Origin: Octopus sinensis | Lineage: Eukaryota | Assembly (NCBI RefSeq): GCF_006345805.1 | Contig: NC_042997.1 | Coordinates: forward strand, 164,610,001-164,674,000 | DNA: 64,000 nt | Direction of reading: 5' to 3' | Program-made: the position numbers and the translations under genes | In this document: one piece after another, positions 1-12,270 of the stretch | Numbering within the stretch: the stretch's first letter is position 1 | Layout of the letters: every line of letters starts with the position of its first letter | Notes under the pieces: model-generated | What the model was told of the DNA's origin: nothing | Database searches by the model: none | What the model saw: the letters and a program-made list of their open reading frames with translations, nothing else

Positions 1-33
1 TGGTCAGCAAGTAAAAAAATAAAAGATACATAC

Positions 34-87
34 ATGGGCCACTTTAAGGCCTTTGCCTTGCAAGTTACAAACCAATACTCGGTAGTG
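34..87 (-). CDS. Candidate small internal exon of an unidentified host gene
   Basis: On the minus strand: acceptor tttcttttatgatgttag, a 54-bp open exon (HYRVLVCNLQGKGLKVAH, or TTEYWFVTCKAKALKWP in another frame), donor CAT|gtatgt. No homology recognised. Confidence 0.25.
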
Positions 88-333
88 CTAACATCATAAA
101 AGAAATAGGACCCAATACATTCGGTAAACAGGTTGGTGTTAGGTGTGGCAACCAGCTATGGCAACCATGCCAAAGCAGACATTAATGCATGAATTATCAA
201 ACCCTGTCAAACCATTCAACCCATGCCAGCATGGATGCTGGATGTTAAACTATTCCAAGTACCAGTCATATGTGGAAGCAAGCATGTGAGTTTATATCAG
301 AGTATATAACTGTTTGTGAGTATCAGAATAATA

Positions 334-897
334 TTGGGTTGTCTGGAAAGTTCGTGCCAATTTATAGTAGCTTACCTTTTGACTTATTTTAGAACATGGT
401 TGAATCCATAAAATAGGATTTGACTACACCTCCACTTAGAGCACAGTTTAAGCTATCTTTTCGCGGAAGAAGGTTTATGTTCCTATTACCTGTGTTAATT
501 CTGTAACCCCTTAAAATGGAAGATAAGAAAGTTCATTTTCGGCACTTGATACTTTTCTTTTTCCATAAAGGGAAAAATGCCTCACAAGCAACCAAAGACC
601 TGAATAAGACCTATTCTGCAGAGACCTGAATATTCAGGTCTCTGCAGAATTGTCTTAATGGTAAAAATTTCAATTCCTTGGATGACATAAAAAGATACCT
701 TGATGAATTCTTTGCCATGAAACCACCTCAATTCTGGGAGGAGGGTATTTTCAAGTTAAAGGAATGATGGAGATGCATTGTGCAACAAAATGGTTCATTA
801 AATGGTTCATATTTGGTTCATTAAAAATGTAATGGCAAGTATTTATTGACCTTTTTCTTTCCTTTAAAAATCGGCACAAACTTTCCGGACAACCCAA
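334..897 (+). mobile_element. Internally deleted (non-autonomous) mariner element
   Basis: TIRs ttgggttgtctggaaagttcgtgccaa / tcggcacaaactttccggacaacccaa, with TA on both sides (332-333, 898-899). Transposase N-terminus MEDKKVHFRHLILFFFHKGKNASQA starts at 516 and is joined to the C-terminus FRSLQNCLNGKNFNSLDDIKRYLDEFFAMKPPQFWEEGIFKLKE*WRCIVQQNGS. Confidence 0.9.
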
Positions 898-1531
898 TAT
901 TTTCAAAAAACCATATCTATAATGAAGAGATATTTTATGGAAAATTTGCATTTCTTTTTAATCATTTGACCTTCTGCAAGGTAACTGAGGAATAAAATAT
1001 TAGGAATCATGTATTAAACATGAGTTAACTATACTGCTATCTCTTTACAAAAATGAGGTAATGTGGTGAACCAAGAGGAAATAAAAAAAGAAGAATGAAA
1101 TTGTTTTCACACATAATGCTGTATAAGCATATATTTATAAGCTGGTTTTTATCACAAAATATAATTTGATGCTAGATGGTTAAGAAGCTCAATTTGCAAC
1201 CATGTGGTTTTAGGTTCAGTCCTATTACATAAAACCTTGGACAGGTGTCTTCTACTACAGCCCTGGGTCAATTAAAGCCTTGGGAGCGAATTTGGTGGAT
1301 GGAAACTGAAAGAAGTCCATCATATATATTCTTTTACATTAGATTGCGAACATGCTGGTGCAACACAAAGAATTTTAGTTGAAGAAATCAACCCTAGTGC
1401 TTAGTTTTTTTAAAACCAGGTAATTATTCTGTGAGCCTCTTTTGCCTAACCATAGGATGTAAAGTTATGTGGATGTAAACAAAGCAACACTGGTTGTCAA
1501 GCAGTGATGGGTGACAAACACAGACAAAAAG

Positions 1532-1578
<47 letters not shown>

Positions 1579-3175
1579 TACATATACATATGTATATATA
1601 TATATACAAATATATACATAGTGTGTGTATGAGTAAATGTGCATGTGTGGTTGTATGATAAGAAGTTTGCTTCCCAACCGCATGGTTCTGGGTTCAGTTC
1701 CACTGCATGGCACCATGGGCAAGTGTCTTCTAATATTGTGAGTGGATTTGGCAGATGGAAACTGAAAGATGCCTGTCATACAGGTACATAAACACACCAA
1801 CGCCTGTTATCAAGTAGTGATGGAGGAGAAACATACACACACACATTTATATATTTATTTATGTCGGGCTTCTTTCAGTTTGTGTCTTCTTGTCTTGACA
1901 TCATACAAGCAAAGGCATTCATTTCTGACATACTGCAATAATATGTCTGGGCATGGGGAAAAACTATCTTGCTTGGAAAACAGATGAGGGTTGGTGACAG
2001 GTAAGGCATCCAGCCGTAGAAAATCTGCTTCAATAAACTCCATCTAACCTATGCAAGCATAGCAAAGTGGATGTTAAAATCAAACACACACATACTAAAA
2101 AAAAAAAAAAATAATAATGATAGCACTATTACGACAGTAAGTAGGTGGTTCTGTTGATTTGTTGAAACTGATGCAAGACTCATTCAATTTATTTCTGCAT
2201 GCTACTGAAGCAAGAAATTAAACTCAATTTCAACAGATGATTTCCAACAATTAATGGTCTATTTAACTATAAGCGAATCACGCCAATAGTTGAATCTTCC
2301 AATGTTACTGCATACCTCCAACAGAGGCTATATAACATCTAACAATATATGACTTACTATAATTTCTATCTCAATATGAATTTCAATAACATTTATATAT
2401 AATCATAACTGTTTATGCCTGTATCTATTCACTGCCTATATCACTGTTTGCAATTTCATTTGCACACATTTATAAAGAATTTATTTACTTTTTACCTTAT
2501 ATTGAAAATTTTCCTTATCTGATGAATTCAAGGGGGAAAAAAAAAGACCCTTCCTATTTCCGATATCATTTTGAAAAGTTCCTGTGTGTGATCTTTTTAC
2601 TTCTATAATTCCCATTTCACTTTAAATTCATTTCATTTTAAAAACCCTGTGATAATATATTTAAACTGAAAGTGGAAGCTAAATTTGATATCATTTATAC
2701 GGCAACAAAGCTTTGCATAACACATGGTTATAAATGGACTTCTCAGTGTGTGAGTGCATGTGTATGTGTGTGTGTGTGAGTGCATGCGCATGTGTATGTT
2801 TATGCATGTGTGTATCATGTGTATGCATGCATTTGTGTGTATGTATGAGAGAGTGAGAGAGAGTGGGGGAGAAAGTGGGAGAGAGAGAGGGGGAGGAGAG
2901 AGAGCATGTGCACAAACTCTTATCTATTATTTTTTACTTATCTTAGACATTCAACTGCAACCATGGTGGGAACTGCCTCGAAGGGTTTTAGTCAAACAAA
3001 TTTATCCCAGTACTTAGATTTTTAAAGTCAGGTACTTATTCTATTAGTCTTTTTTTTTTTTTTTTGCCAAACCACCAAATTATAGAGGACACAAACAAAC
3101 CAATACTGGTTGTCAAGTAGTAGAGAACAATTACAAATAGAGACCCTCAGATGCACACCCACACACACACAATGA

Positions 3176-3520
3176 AAGAGCATGACTCACTGGTTAGAGC
3201 ATTGGGCTCACAATCATGAGGTAGTAAGATCAATTCCCAGACTGGACTGTATGCTGTGTTCTTGAGTAAGAAACTTTATTTCACATTGCTTCTGTTCACT
3301 CATCTGTAGAAATGAGCTGTGACATTACTGGTGCCAAGCCATATTGGCATTTACCTTTCCCTTGGGTAATATCAGTGACACAGAGAAAGGAAGCTGCTAT
3401 GTATGGGTGACTGCTGGTCTTCTATAAAACAACCTTGCCTGGACTTGTGCCTTGGAGGGGAACTTTCTAGGTGCAGACCCATGGTCATTCATGACTGAAG
3501 GGGGTCTTTACCCTTTACCC
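3176..3520 (+). mobile_element. tRNA-headed SINE with central core and (TTTACCC)-like tail (family D here)
   Basis: Degenerate A/B boxes, core tgtgttcttgagtaagaaactttatttcacattgct, tail tttaccctttaccc. Related pieces at about 26.2-26.4, 47.7-47.8 and 56.3-56.5 kb. Confidence 0.65.
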
Positions 3521-4203
3521 ATTACTCTTTTTATACAACAGTCTTTCACATAGTTTTCACTTACCAAATCCATTCATAAAGCATTGATCATCCTAGGGCT
3601 ATAATAGAAGACACTTGTCCAAGGTGCCACACAGTGGAAACCTAAAACCATGTGGTTGCAATAAGCACCATTTTAGTTAATCCTTTCAAATCCAGCATTT
3701 CTTTATTTCAGTTTGGTATTTAATTTGTCATTTTATAGTTTACCAATTGACTAAGTTACCAGTCTAACACATTATACATCAGACACAATAAACACAAACA
3801 TGGACATAGAAAACACACATTGGACTTTTGAATCATCTCTATTTACAAAATTCCACTCAAGTAAAACTTAGGCTACTGCAAACAGCACTTTCCTGCAGTA
3901 GCATGTCATGAGATCAAACAAGGGACTTTCTTAACTACACAGCTATGGCATGCATATAGAGAAACAACTTCTAGCTACATTCGATAGGCAGTCTGGACAC
4001 CACATTTTTTAGTTGCTGTTCAAGTTGGAGTTTTAGTGGTAAACCAAAATGAGCACTCATAGTACATATGATAACTCTTTGCATCTCTCTCTCACTACAT
4101 ACACACACAGATATGACAGAAGTAAATACATAGCCAATAAAACATTGTTTCATGTTTATTCTAACTTGTAAAGGTTTAATATTTTTATTAATCAACATTT
4201 CTG

Positions 4204-5476
4204 TTAGGTTGTCAAGAAAGTTCTTGCAGAGTTTTTAATTTTGGTTTTAAATTATATATTTCCAAATTAATTTTCGTTAAATTACTTTGACTTTATATAT
4301 AATTTTAAAGCCCATTTTTCGCTCTATCTAATTGTGTTACTCTTTTTCTTTTAGAATAATTAGGCAATTTTTTATGGAATGTTGAATACAACATGGACAA
4401 AAAGCAAATTTGTACAATTTTCTTACTCCAGTTCAAGCTAGGCCGAAAAGCTGCTGATACAGCTCGCAATATCAATGATGTGTTTGGCCCAGGAACCACT
4501 AATGAACATACTGCACAATGGTGGTTCAAGAAATTTTGTAGCGGTGACGAGGGTCTTGAAGATGATAAGCGTACTGGTCAGCCATCGGATATTGACAATG
4601 ATGAACTAAGAGCCTTAGTGGAAGCCAATCCACGCACAACTGTTCGAGAGCTTGCTTCTGAATTGGATGTAACGTATACGACAATTTCCAACCACTTGAA
4701 AGAGATTGGAAAAACAAAAATACTTGAGAAATGGGTGCCACATGAATTGAACGACAACCAAAAAAATAACCGCCATTTTGAAGTGTTGCCTTCCCTTATT
4801 TTACGCAATAAGAATGACTCATTTCTCGACCAGATTGTGGCTTGCAATAAAAAGTGGATTCTTTATGACAACCAGAAACGCTCAGCTCAGTGGTTGGATG
4901 CCGATGAAGCTCCACAGCACTTCCCGAAACCAAAGTTACACCAAAAGAAGGTCATGGTGACTGTTCGGTGATCTGCGGCTGGTCTCATCCATCACAGCTT
5001 TTTGGAACCAAGCGAAACCATTACAGCAGAGAAGTACTGTCAACAAATGGATGGAATGCATAAGAAACTCTGACAATAACAGTCAGCATTGGTCAATAGA
5101 AAAGGACCAATTCTTCTCCACGGCAATGCTCGTCTGTATGTCGCACAACTGACCCTGCAGAAGTTGAATGAATTGGGCTATAAAACTTTATCTCATCAGC
5201 CATACTCACCAGACCTCTCACCTTCTGACTACCTCTTTTTCAAGCATCCCGACAACTTCCTGCATGAGAAATGCTTCAAAAACCAAGACAATGCCAAACA
5301 TGCCTACAACAACTTCATTGCCACCAGAATGCAAGATTTTTATGCTCTGTTTCTCGTTGGCAAAAGTGTGTTGATTCTGATGGTGTTTATTTCAATTAAT
5401 AAAGTTTTGTTTGAACCGAAATATGTGCATCTGAATTTAAAGGTTAACAACCACAAGAACTTTCTTGACAACCTAA
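4204..5476 (+). mobile_element. Full-length mariner (cecropia/Hsmar1-like) DNA transposon, defective
   Basis: Perfect 23-bp TIRs ttaggttgtcaagaaagttcttg (4204-4226 and 5454-5476). TA follows the right end; the left TA reads TG. The interior is a transposase pseudogene. Confidence 0.95.
4393..5398 (+). pseudogene. Mariner DD34D transposase pseudogene
   Basis: HTH region, WVPHEL and YSPDLSPSDY motifs. In-frame stops at 4969 and near 5071/5077, the first two catalytic Asp read N (ACNKKW) and G (LHGNAR), and there is a small deletion near the C-terminus. Confidence 0.92.
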
Positions 5477-5671
5477 TATATTTCAGGTTTTGTATGCGAC
5501 TGTTTAATCATGCCATGTACAAAAGAACTGTCTGAATTTCAAAGAGGCTGTATTGTGGGTCATTCTGAAGGTGGACATAGTTTGACCGATATAATCAATG
5601 TATCATGTATCCAAAAAAGAAGCACACTCTAAAGCATAGAGCAGTAATGTATTTATAAGTAGTTAAGTTTA

Positions 5672-5935
5672 TGTCTGGTCATAGAGTGACCAACCATTTC
5701 ACATCCATGAAGGGCTTAGTCCTGTGAATGTCTTGTCAGACTCTAAAGCTGCCGACAAATGTAACTCTTCATCTCTGGGAGGCAGGAATCCATAACCTGA
5801 CCAAATGACCATAACAGATTCCTGCCTCCCTGTGCCGAAGAGTTACATTTGTTTTCAGCTTGTGAGTCTGATGAGATGTTCATGGGGTTAAGCCCTTCGT
5901 GGATGCAAAACCATTGGTCACTCTATGACCAGACA
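5672..5935. mobile_element. Foldback MITE with about 120-bp inverted arms and TA TSD (Tc1/mariner-type)
   Basis: The left arm tgtctggtcatagagtgacc...gggaggcaggaatc matches the reverse complement of the right arm, with a spacer of about 26 nt. TA at 5670-5671 and 5936-5937. Confidence 0.85.
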
Positions 5936-6039
5936 TAGACTTTACTACTTATGTATGTATGTATGTATGTATATATGTATGTATGTGTGTTTGCATGTTT
6001 GTGTGTGTGTGTGTGTGTGTAAATTATCACCAGAAACAT

Positions 6040-7280
6040 TAATTAGTATGCTAATAAATGCGAACGAGAAGTATGTGTTGAATGTGAATTGTAAGGTTAC
6101 GGATTTTCTTTCCTGGTTTGTTAGACAACAGCTATTTATTGTCGTCGTCAAGGAAACTGGGAGAAAGTTGGGACCATCTGTGAAACAGCAGCGCTGTCAA
6201 GAAGGAAAGACAACTACTACTACTACTACTACTTGCAAAAACGAAGGAAAAGTGCAGAGTAAACATTTTATGGAAGGAATAGGTGCAGATTCTTGAAACT
6301 GACGGTGGAAGCGAAATGGTGTTGGCGGATACATCTGCCAATAGAAAACAATATATTCTCCGTATGCTTACTCGAACCCACTAGGAATAGTAATTAAATT
6401 TCTTTCACATAACACCATAACATGGACACGTTGGATGGTGTAATTAAAGATACACTGTCAGAAAAGTGAAAAACTAAATAAGATGGTCATGGTTAGAACG
6501 TCTTTTGATCACAGCTAACCTAAGACAGGGCTACAACAACAATAACAATAGTATCGATACGAACGATTAAAAGAAGTAACTGAGTAGAATAAAAGAGATA
6601 GTAAGAAGAAAGGAGCGGAAAAAAAAAAAGAAACACATACATAAGAAGAGCTAGAATAATGGAAGATCGTTAGGGCAACAATCAACAGTTAGTAGCAGAC
6701 TGGATTTTTAGAGGACCTTCAACAGCAAATAACATGAGCAGTAGTTTAGTACTACTTCAATTACTCCCCGCCAAACACAAAACGCATACATACAACAGGC
6801 ATATGACATACACGCGCAGACAAACACACAAACATACATACACTCCCTCTGCACACTCAATCACATATTTTGAACCACTCCTCAAAAGATGGTTTATTTT
6901 TCTAGAGCAGCAGTATTTCATTCTGCTGAAATTGCACACTTAACGTGTTCTGTTGAGAGACAATTGTTGCTGAGCTTCGTATATGCAGCTAATACAGTTG
7001 ATTGTTATACTACATATATTATTAATATTATTATATTAATTATACATCTAATACTGCTTTTATTAAACTACTACTACTACTACCACTACTACTACTACTA
7101 TTACTACTACTACTACTGCTGCTGCTGCTATCGCTGCTACTGCTACAATAGTTTCTTAGCAATAATTTGGAAAGCTGAAACCATTTCTCTTATTGCCTTT
7201 CATATTTTTTTTTCCTTGTGCATATATATTTGTTTGATTTTTTTCGTTAGTGACCTTTCTATGTAAATGAGCGTTAATGT
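6040..7280. promoter_or_regulatory. CpG-retaining island, putative (possibly bidirectional) promoter / first-exon region
   Basis: More than 20 CpGs by eye in non-TE sequence, against very few in the flanks. Minus-strand donor CGA|gtaagc near 6371 and acceptor ttttctattggcag near 6340. UTR-like (TAC)n/(TGC)n tracts on the plus strand. Inference only. Confidence 0.4.
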
Positions 7281-8050
7281 TAATGTATGTATGTATGTAT
7301 GGGTGGATGGATGGTTGTATGTGTGCATGTATATACAACACATGCATCTGTGTGTGTATAAATAAATATCTACATACACCTATATATATATATATGTGTG
7401 TGTGTGTATACATACATACATACATACATATATATACATACATACATACATATAGATAGATAGATAGACAGATAGATGCGCGCACGCACACACACACACA
7501 CACACACATATGTATGCATACTTGCATTAATATAACATGTGTATGTGTATACTCATACACATGTTTTTAGTATTAAGCAGTGAAAGGCTGGTAAGCTGGC
7601 AGACGCGTTAGTACATTGGTCAAAATGCTTTGCAGCATTTCTTCTAACTTTGTACATTCTGAGTTCAATTTCCGCCAAAGTCGATTTTACCTTTCAACCT
7701 TTCAGGGTCGATAAAATAAGTGGGGTCAGTGTAATTGACTAGCATCCCACCCCTGCCATAGTTTTAGGTCCTGTGCCTACCATTATCACCATTGTTATAG
7801 TATCCACTTTTCTCTGCTTGCATGGGTTAGAATCAATTTGTTGACGTAGATTTTTCTAAGGCTAGATGCTCTTTCTATCACCAACCCCGCCACCTGTTTC
7901 CAACTAAGATAATGTTTTCCCAAGATCAGATGTTTTCACAAACTATTGTAAATAAAGGATTCTACTTGCATTTCAGTGACATTCATTGCCAACTGTTAGG
8001 CAATGTCAAACCAATGAGACAGCAAAACATTCATACATACACATGTGCAT

Positions 8051-8093
<43 letters not shown>

Positions 8094-8771
8094 TGTACAC
8101 ACACAAGCACATGCACATGCATGTACTAGAAAGGATTATTGAGCTGTAAAGCCACATAAGTGACTCACAGGCCAAGACAGTTGTGTATTGCACCTACCAA
8201 ACTCCAGTATAAATTATTAATCTTTTTGTTATATAGAAGTTATTATTGGTCTATATACTTCTATCAAAATAGTATCAATAAAGCAATATTTTGCAAAATC
8301 TGACTGTTAAGTAAAGAGAAAGAATAGAATAAAAAAGTAAAATAGAATAATTCTTAGAACATGCATGCACACACACAGATAGATAATCAGAGAGGTTAGC
8401 TGCCCTACAGATGTGAACACCTCTTTCAAAATCATGAAACAGTAGAAGGTTCACAGACAACTGCTTTGAAATTTGCAGTTCCACCACTGCTTGTAAATTT
8501 ACATTTATATAATCAATGGTGCACTTAGCTATGTTAGGAAATGCTTAGAAAAGCTATGATTTCCAGGTAAAGACATCAGCTAGCATGCACTTTACAGATA
8601 TGATATGTAAGTGAAAGAGTAAAAATATGTAAATTTTTTCTAAAATTTGATATGTAGCAGTTAACATTGCTGTAATCCATATTTCCAGCAATAGGGCTTA
8701 TATTTCTTTGTTAGAAACCAGGTCCCCTTTGTCAGAAAGAATTCCTATAAAGAAAGTACATACATATATTT

Positions 8772-9150
8772 AGGTGTGGGCATGGCTGTGTGGGAAGCAG
8801 TTTGCTTCCTAACTATATGGTTCTGGGTTCAGTCCCACTACATGACACTTTAGGTGAATGTCTTCTACTCAGGTTGACCAAAGCTTTGTGAGTGGATTTG
8901 GTAGATGGAAACTAAAAGAAGCTTGTCATGTGTGTATGTATGTATGTATGCATGTATGTATGTCTCTGTCCCCACCACTGCCTGACAACTGGTGTTGGTG
9001 TGTTTACAGCCCTGTACCTTGGTGGTTCAGCAAAAGAAACCGATAATATAAGTACCAGGCTTAAAAAAACAAGTACTGGGGTTGATTTGTTCAACTAAAA
9101 TTCTTCAAGGTAGTGCCCCAGCATGGCCACAGTCTAAAGACTGAAACAAA
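8772..9150 (+). mobile_element. tRNA-derived SINE, family A (most abundant family here; internal microsatellite)
   Basis: Head ggcatggctgtgtgg...ggttctgggttcagtccc, core ggatttggtagatggaaact, tail cagcatggccacagtc...gactgaaacaaaaga. Dozens of full or partial copies, e.g. about 1.2-1.8, 2.9-3.1, 16.5-16.8, 25.4-25.6, 35.4-35.8 and 48.8-49.0 kb. Confidence 0.85.
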
Positions 9151-9649
9151 AGATAAAAGCAAGATACGTATGTATATATATATACATACATGGACACACA
9201 CATATATATATATAGGTATGGCTGTGTGGTTATTAATATACATCTCCACACACATATATCTATACAATTTCCTGTACATATACACACACATGCATGTAGA
9301 GATGTACACAAAAAGATAATATATCCATCCTTCTATCTTTCTAATATTTTATTTCAAATTAACAATCCTTTCAAGTAAAAATATACAGAAACATAAGTTC
9401 CTTTATGTCTATAAATAGTCTAATAAGAATAAGTGTTCTTTCAAGTGTGTATAAGGATGTTTACAGACAGAAAGGAAATACAATTGAAAAATTAAAAAAA
9501 AAAAGACAAAGTAAGATAAAAACAAAATATGAAAAAATAGACAAAATAGATGTAGAAAAGGAACATAATGCAATTGTGAGCATGCACAGTAATGATACTA
9601 CACTGCAACATGCAAGCACATGCATACGCTCCAACTGCTAGAGATTGAA

Positions 9650-9702
9650 ATGCGAGTATACCATCAACATTATCAGCATTTTTACATCTACTGTCTAAGC
9701 AG
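9650..9702 (+). CDS. Candidate first coding exon of an unidentified plus-strand gene
   Basis: ATG at 9650, reads MRVYHQHYQHFYIYCLS(R), strong donor AAGCAG|gtatgt. The phase 2 end is compatible with the 18289 exon. Confidence 0.25.
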
Positions 9703-10009
9703 GTATGTGTTGAATGGTTTGAAAGGAGCTGGTGCCTTGCTCCAGCATCTCAGTTTTTTTAGCTTTGTTTCTATGGTTGGATGCTGTTCCAAACTCCAAC
9801 CACTTCACAGTGTACATGTAGCATTTTTGTCTGCAGCACCAATACTAATAGTTGTCTTGTCCTCAACAAGGTTACAGAGTGTGTGTGTATGTATCATCAT
9901 CATCATCATCATCATTTTTACAGCTGTTTTTTCTATACTGGCATGGGTTAGATGAAACTTATTCAGGAAGTATTCTATGGCTGGATATCCTTACTATTGC
10001 CAACTCTTT

Positions 10010-10392
10010 AATCTTTTACTTGTTTCAGTCATTTGACTGTAGCCATGCTGAAGCACTGCCTTTAGTCGAGCAAATCAACCCCAGGACTTATTCTTTGTAA
10101 GCCTAGTACTTATTCTATCGGTCTCTTTTGCCAAACTGCTAAGTTATGGGGACGTAAACACACCAGCATCGGTTGTCAAGCGATGTGGGGAGACAAACAC
10201 ATACACACATATATATATATATATATATATACGACAGGCTTCTTTCAGTTTCCGTCTACCAAATCCAATCACAAGGCTTTGGTCGGCCCAAGGCTATAGT
10301 AGAAGACATCCAAGGTGTCACGCAGTGGGACTTAAACCCAGAACCATGTGGTTCGTAAGTAAGCTACTTACCACACAGCCACTCCTATGCCT
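10010..10392 (-). mobile_element. tRNA-derived SINE family A, near full length
   Basis: Reverse complement of the family A consensus, inverted relative to the copy at 8772-9150. Confidence 0.85.
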
Positions 10393-10525
10393 GTGTTAGT
10401 TATTTTTCAAGTATATATTGTTATTCTATTGATCCTTAGACTTTAAAACCATGGAAACTGTCTAGCTACTGGATGTATACTTTACAGGAGACACAAACAA
10501 ACCAAAAATTAGGTTAACTGGTTAA

Positions 10526-10716
10526 CCCTTTATCACTCAAATTTCTCTGTCAAATGTAATGCTTATTCATTGACATTTTTTAAAATTAAGCATGCATTAT
10601 CTTGTAACTTGAAGATTTCAATAATGTGATTATTTATTTTTAGAAAGACAGGCTGGTTTGAACATAAACCAAGTAGAATATTTGGGCCAGATATAGTCAG
10701 TTTAAATACAAAAAGA
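10526..10716. mobile_element. piggyBac-type MITE (degenerate)
   Basis: TTAA|cccttt... start and ...gat|TTAA end; same family as 36973-37194 and 46532-46744. Confidence 0.6.
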
Positions 10717-11536
10717 TTAAAAAGAAGTAATAGTTGTCACTGTGATCTCAGAACAAATACACAAAAACCAAGCAGGAGACAAGTAAATATGTGTGAATAA
10801 CATGAGTCACTAAACAAACCATAAAAAGACAGTACAAAATAATCAGTAAAATAAAGATAACTTCCATAAAAACAGTTTATGAGCTTTTTATTTTAATAGT
10901 CAAATATTAAACTGGTTCTACCCCAATTCCTCTCATGCATAGCTTCTGTTTCTTTGGTTGTGTAGCATTTCTAATGCTTGTTTTTTGACAAGACAGGTTG
11001 AGCACAGCTGGGGTGAGAAAGTCACATGGAACCAACAACACTGAATGATATATGCAGAGAACATGACTATGCTTCATGGCTTGATTGTAAGATGTTATTT
11101 ATGGCAGAGCTAGATGAAGGAAAATTTAGACTGATCTCTATTCATTTATTTATTTATTTTGTATTTTTATTTGTCATTTTGCAAAAATAGTATCTTCAGT
11201 TAAAGCTTTTCAGTGGGGACATTGCTTTACCACATTTCTGTTGGCAAGAATGACTAAATAGTGCCATAATTTATTTAGGTTTCTCACTAATGTATAAGTC
11301 TTTCACTGATATACGTTGGTAAAAATGTGCATGTGCACCCACACACACAATTTAAATCCACATTATAATTTTTTTTGTTTCACTTCTATACATATGTTTT
11401 CTAATACAGCACATCTATAAGAAATTTTATCTCAGACAAAAAGCAAAGTACCTTGCCTGTCAGTAGTATATTTAAGTTCTGTACACTACATTGATAGCTA
11501 GTTTAATTTAATACTACCTCAATTGTATACACCTGT

Positions 11537-11570
<34 letters not shown>

Positions 11571-11640
11571 CACACATGTACATATATACATATATATGTA
11601 TAAACATATACATATACAGACATATATATATATACATATA

Positions 11641-12270
11641 CAGGGTGCAGTGAATAAACTCGTCTAAATTACACAAAAATGAAAATAACACAGACATCTC
11701 ATTTTAACAGACATTCTTTTGTTCATTTACTTGGAGCATGGCCTTTAGTCAACTGTGCACCACACATAATAATCAAGAGGATTGCAGTCTGGGGAGTTAG
11801 GTGGCCAAATGTTAAGGGTGATGTGATCCCAGAAATTGTCTGATAGCCCTGACTGGGTTCTCCTGCTTATGTAGCATGGTGCAAAGTCCTGTTGCCTGAC
11901 ACAGCGTCTTCCAGCTGCCACCCTCTTGATCCAGGGCACACTACCTCTTCCAGGTACTTGATGTAGGCCTCCATGTTGAGTCTGAGGCTGTGTTGGAAGA
12001 TGAATGGAAGCATAACATCACCATCACTAGTGATCACTCCAAACACCATGATGTTGACCGGATGTTTGATTTTTATCACTCTTGGTACTTGCCCTCAGAT
12101 TGCACATCCAAACACTCTGAAATGATCACATTGGAGTTTCCAGCATGAATGCCAAGCAATACATTAGGTCCTTTCCAAATTTCTGGCTCAGTAAGTTGCG
12201 TCATGGTGTTGTTTTTCTCACAGACAGTGTCCAACTGACCCTACTATACTGTGCATGTGTGAAATTAAAA
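11641..12270 (-). mobile_element. DD37D (maT) Tc1/mariner-superfamily element, internally deleted, copy 1
   Basis: TIR cagggtgcagtgaataaact after a (TA)n tract. Protein remnant QQD-x37-D (QQDFAPC...WPPNSPDCNPLDYYVW) and KHPVNIMVFGVITSDGDV. The other end is truncated. Confidence 0.88.
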
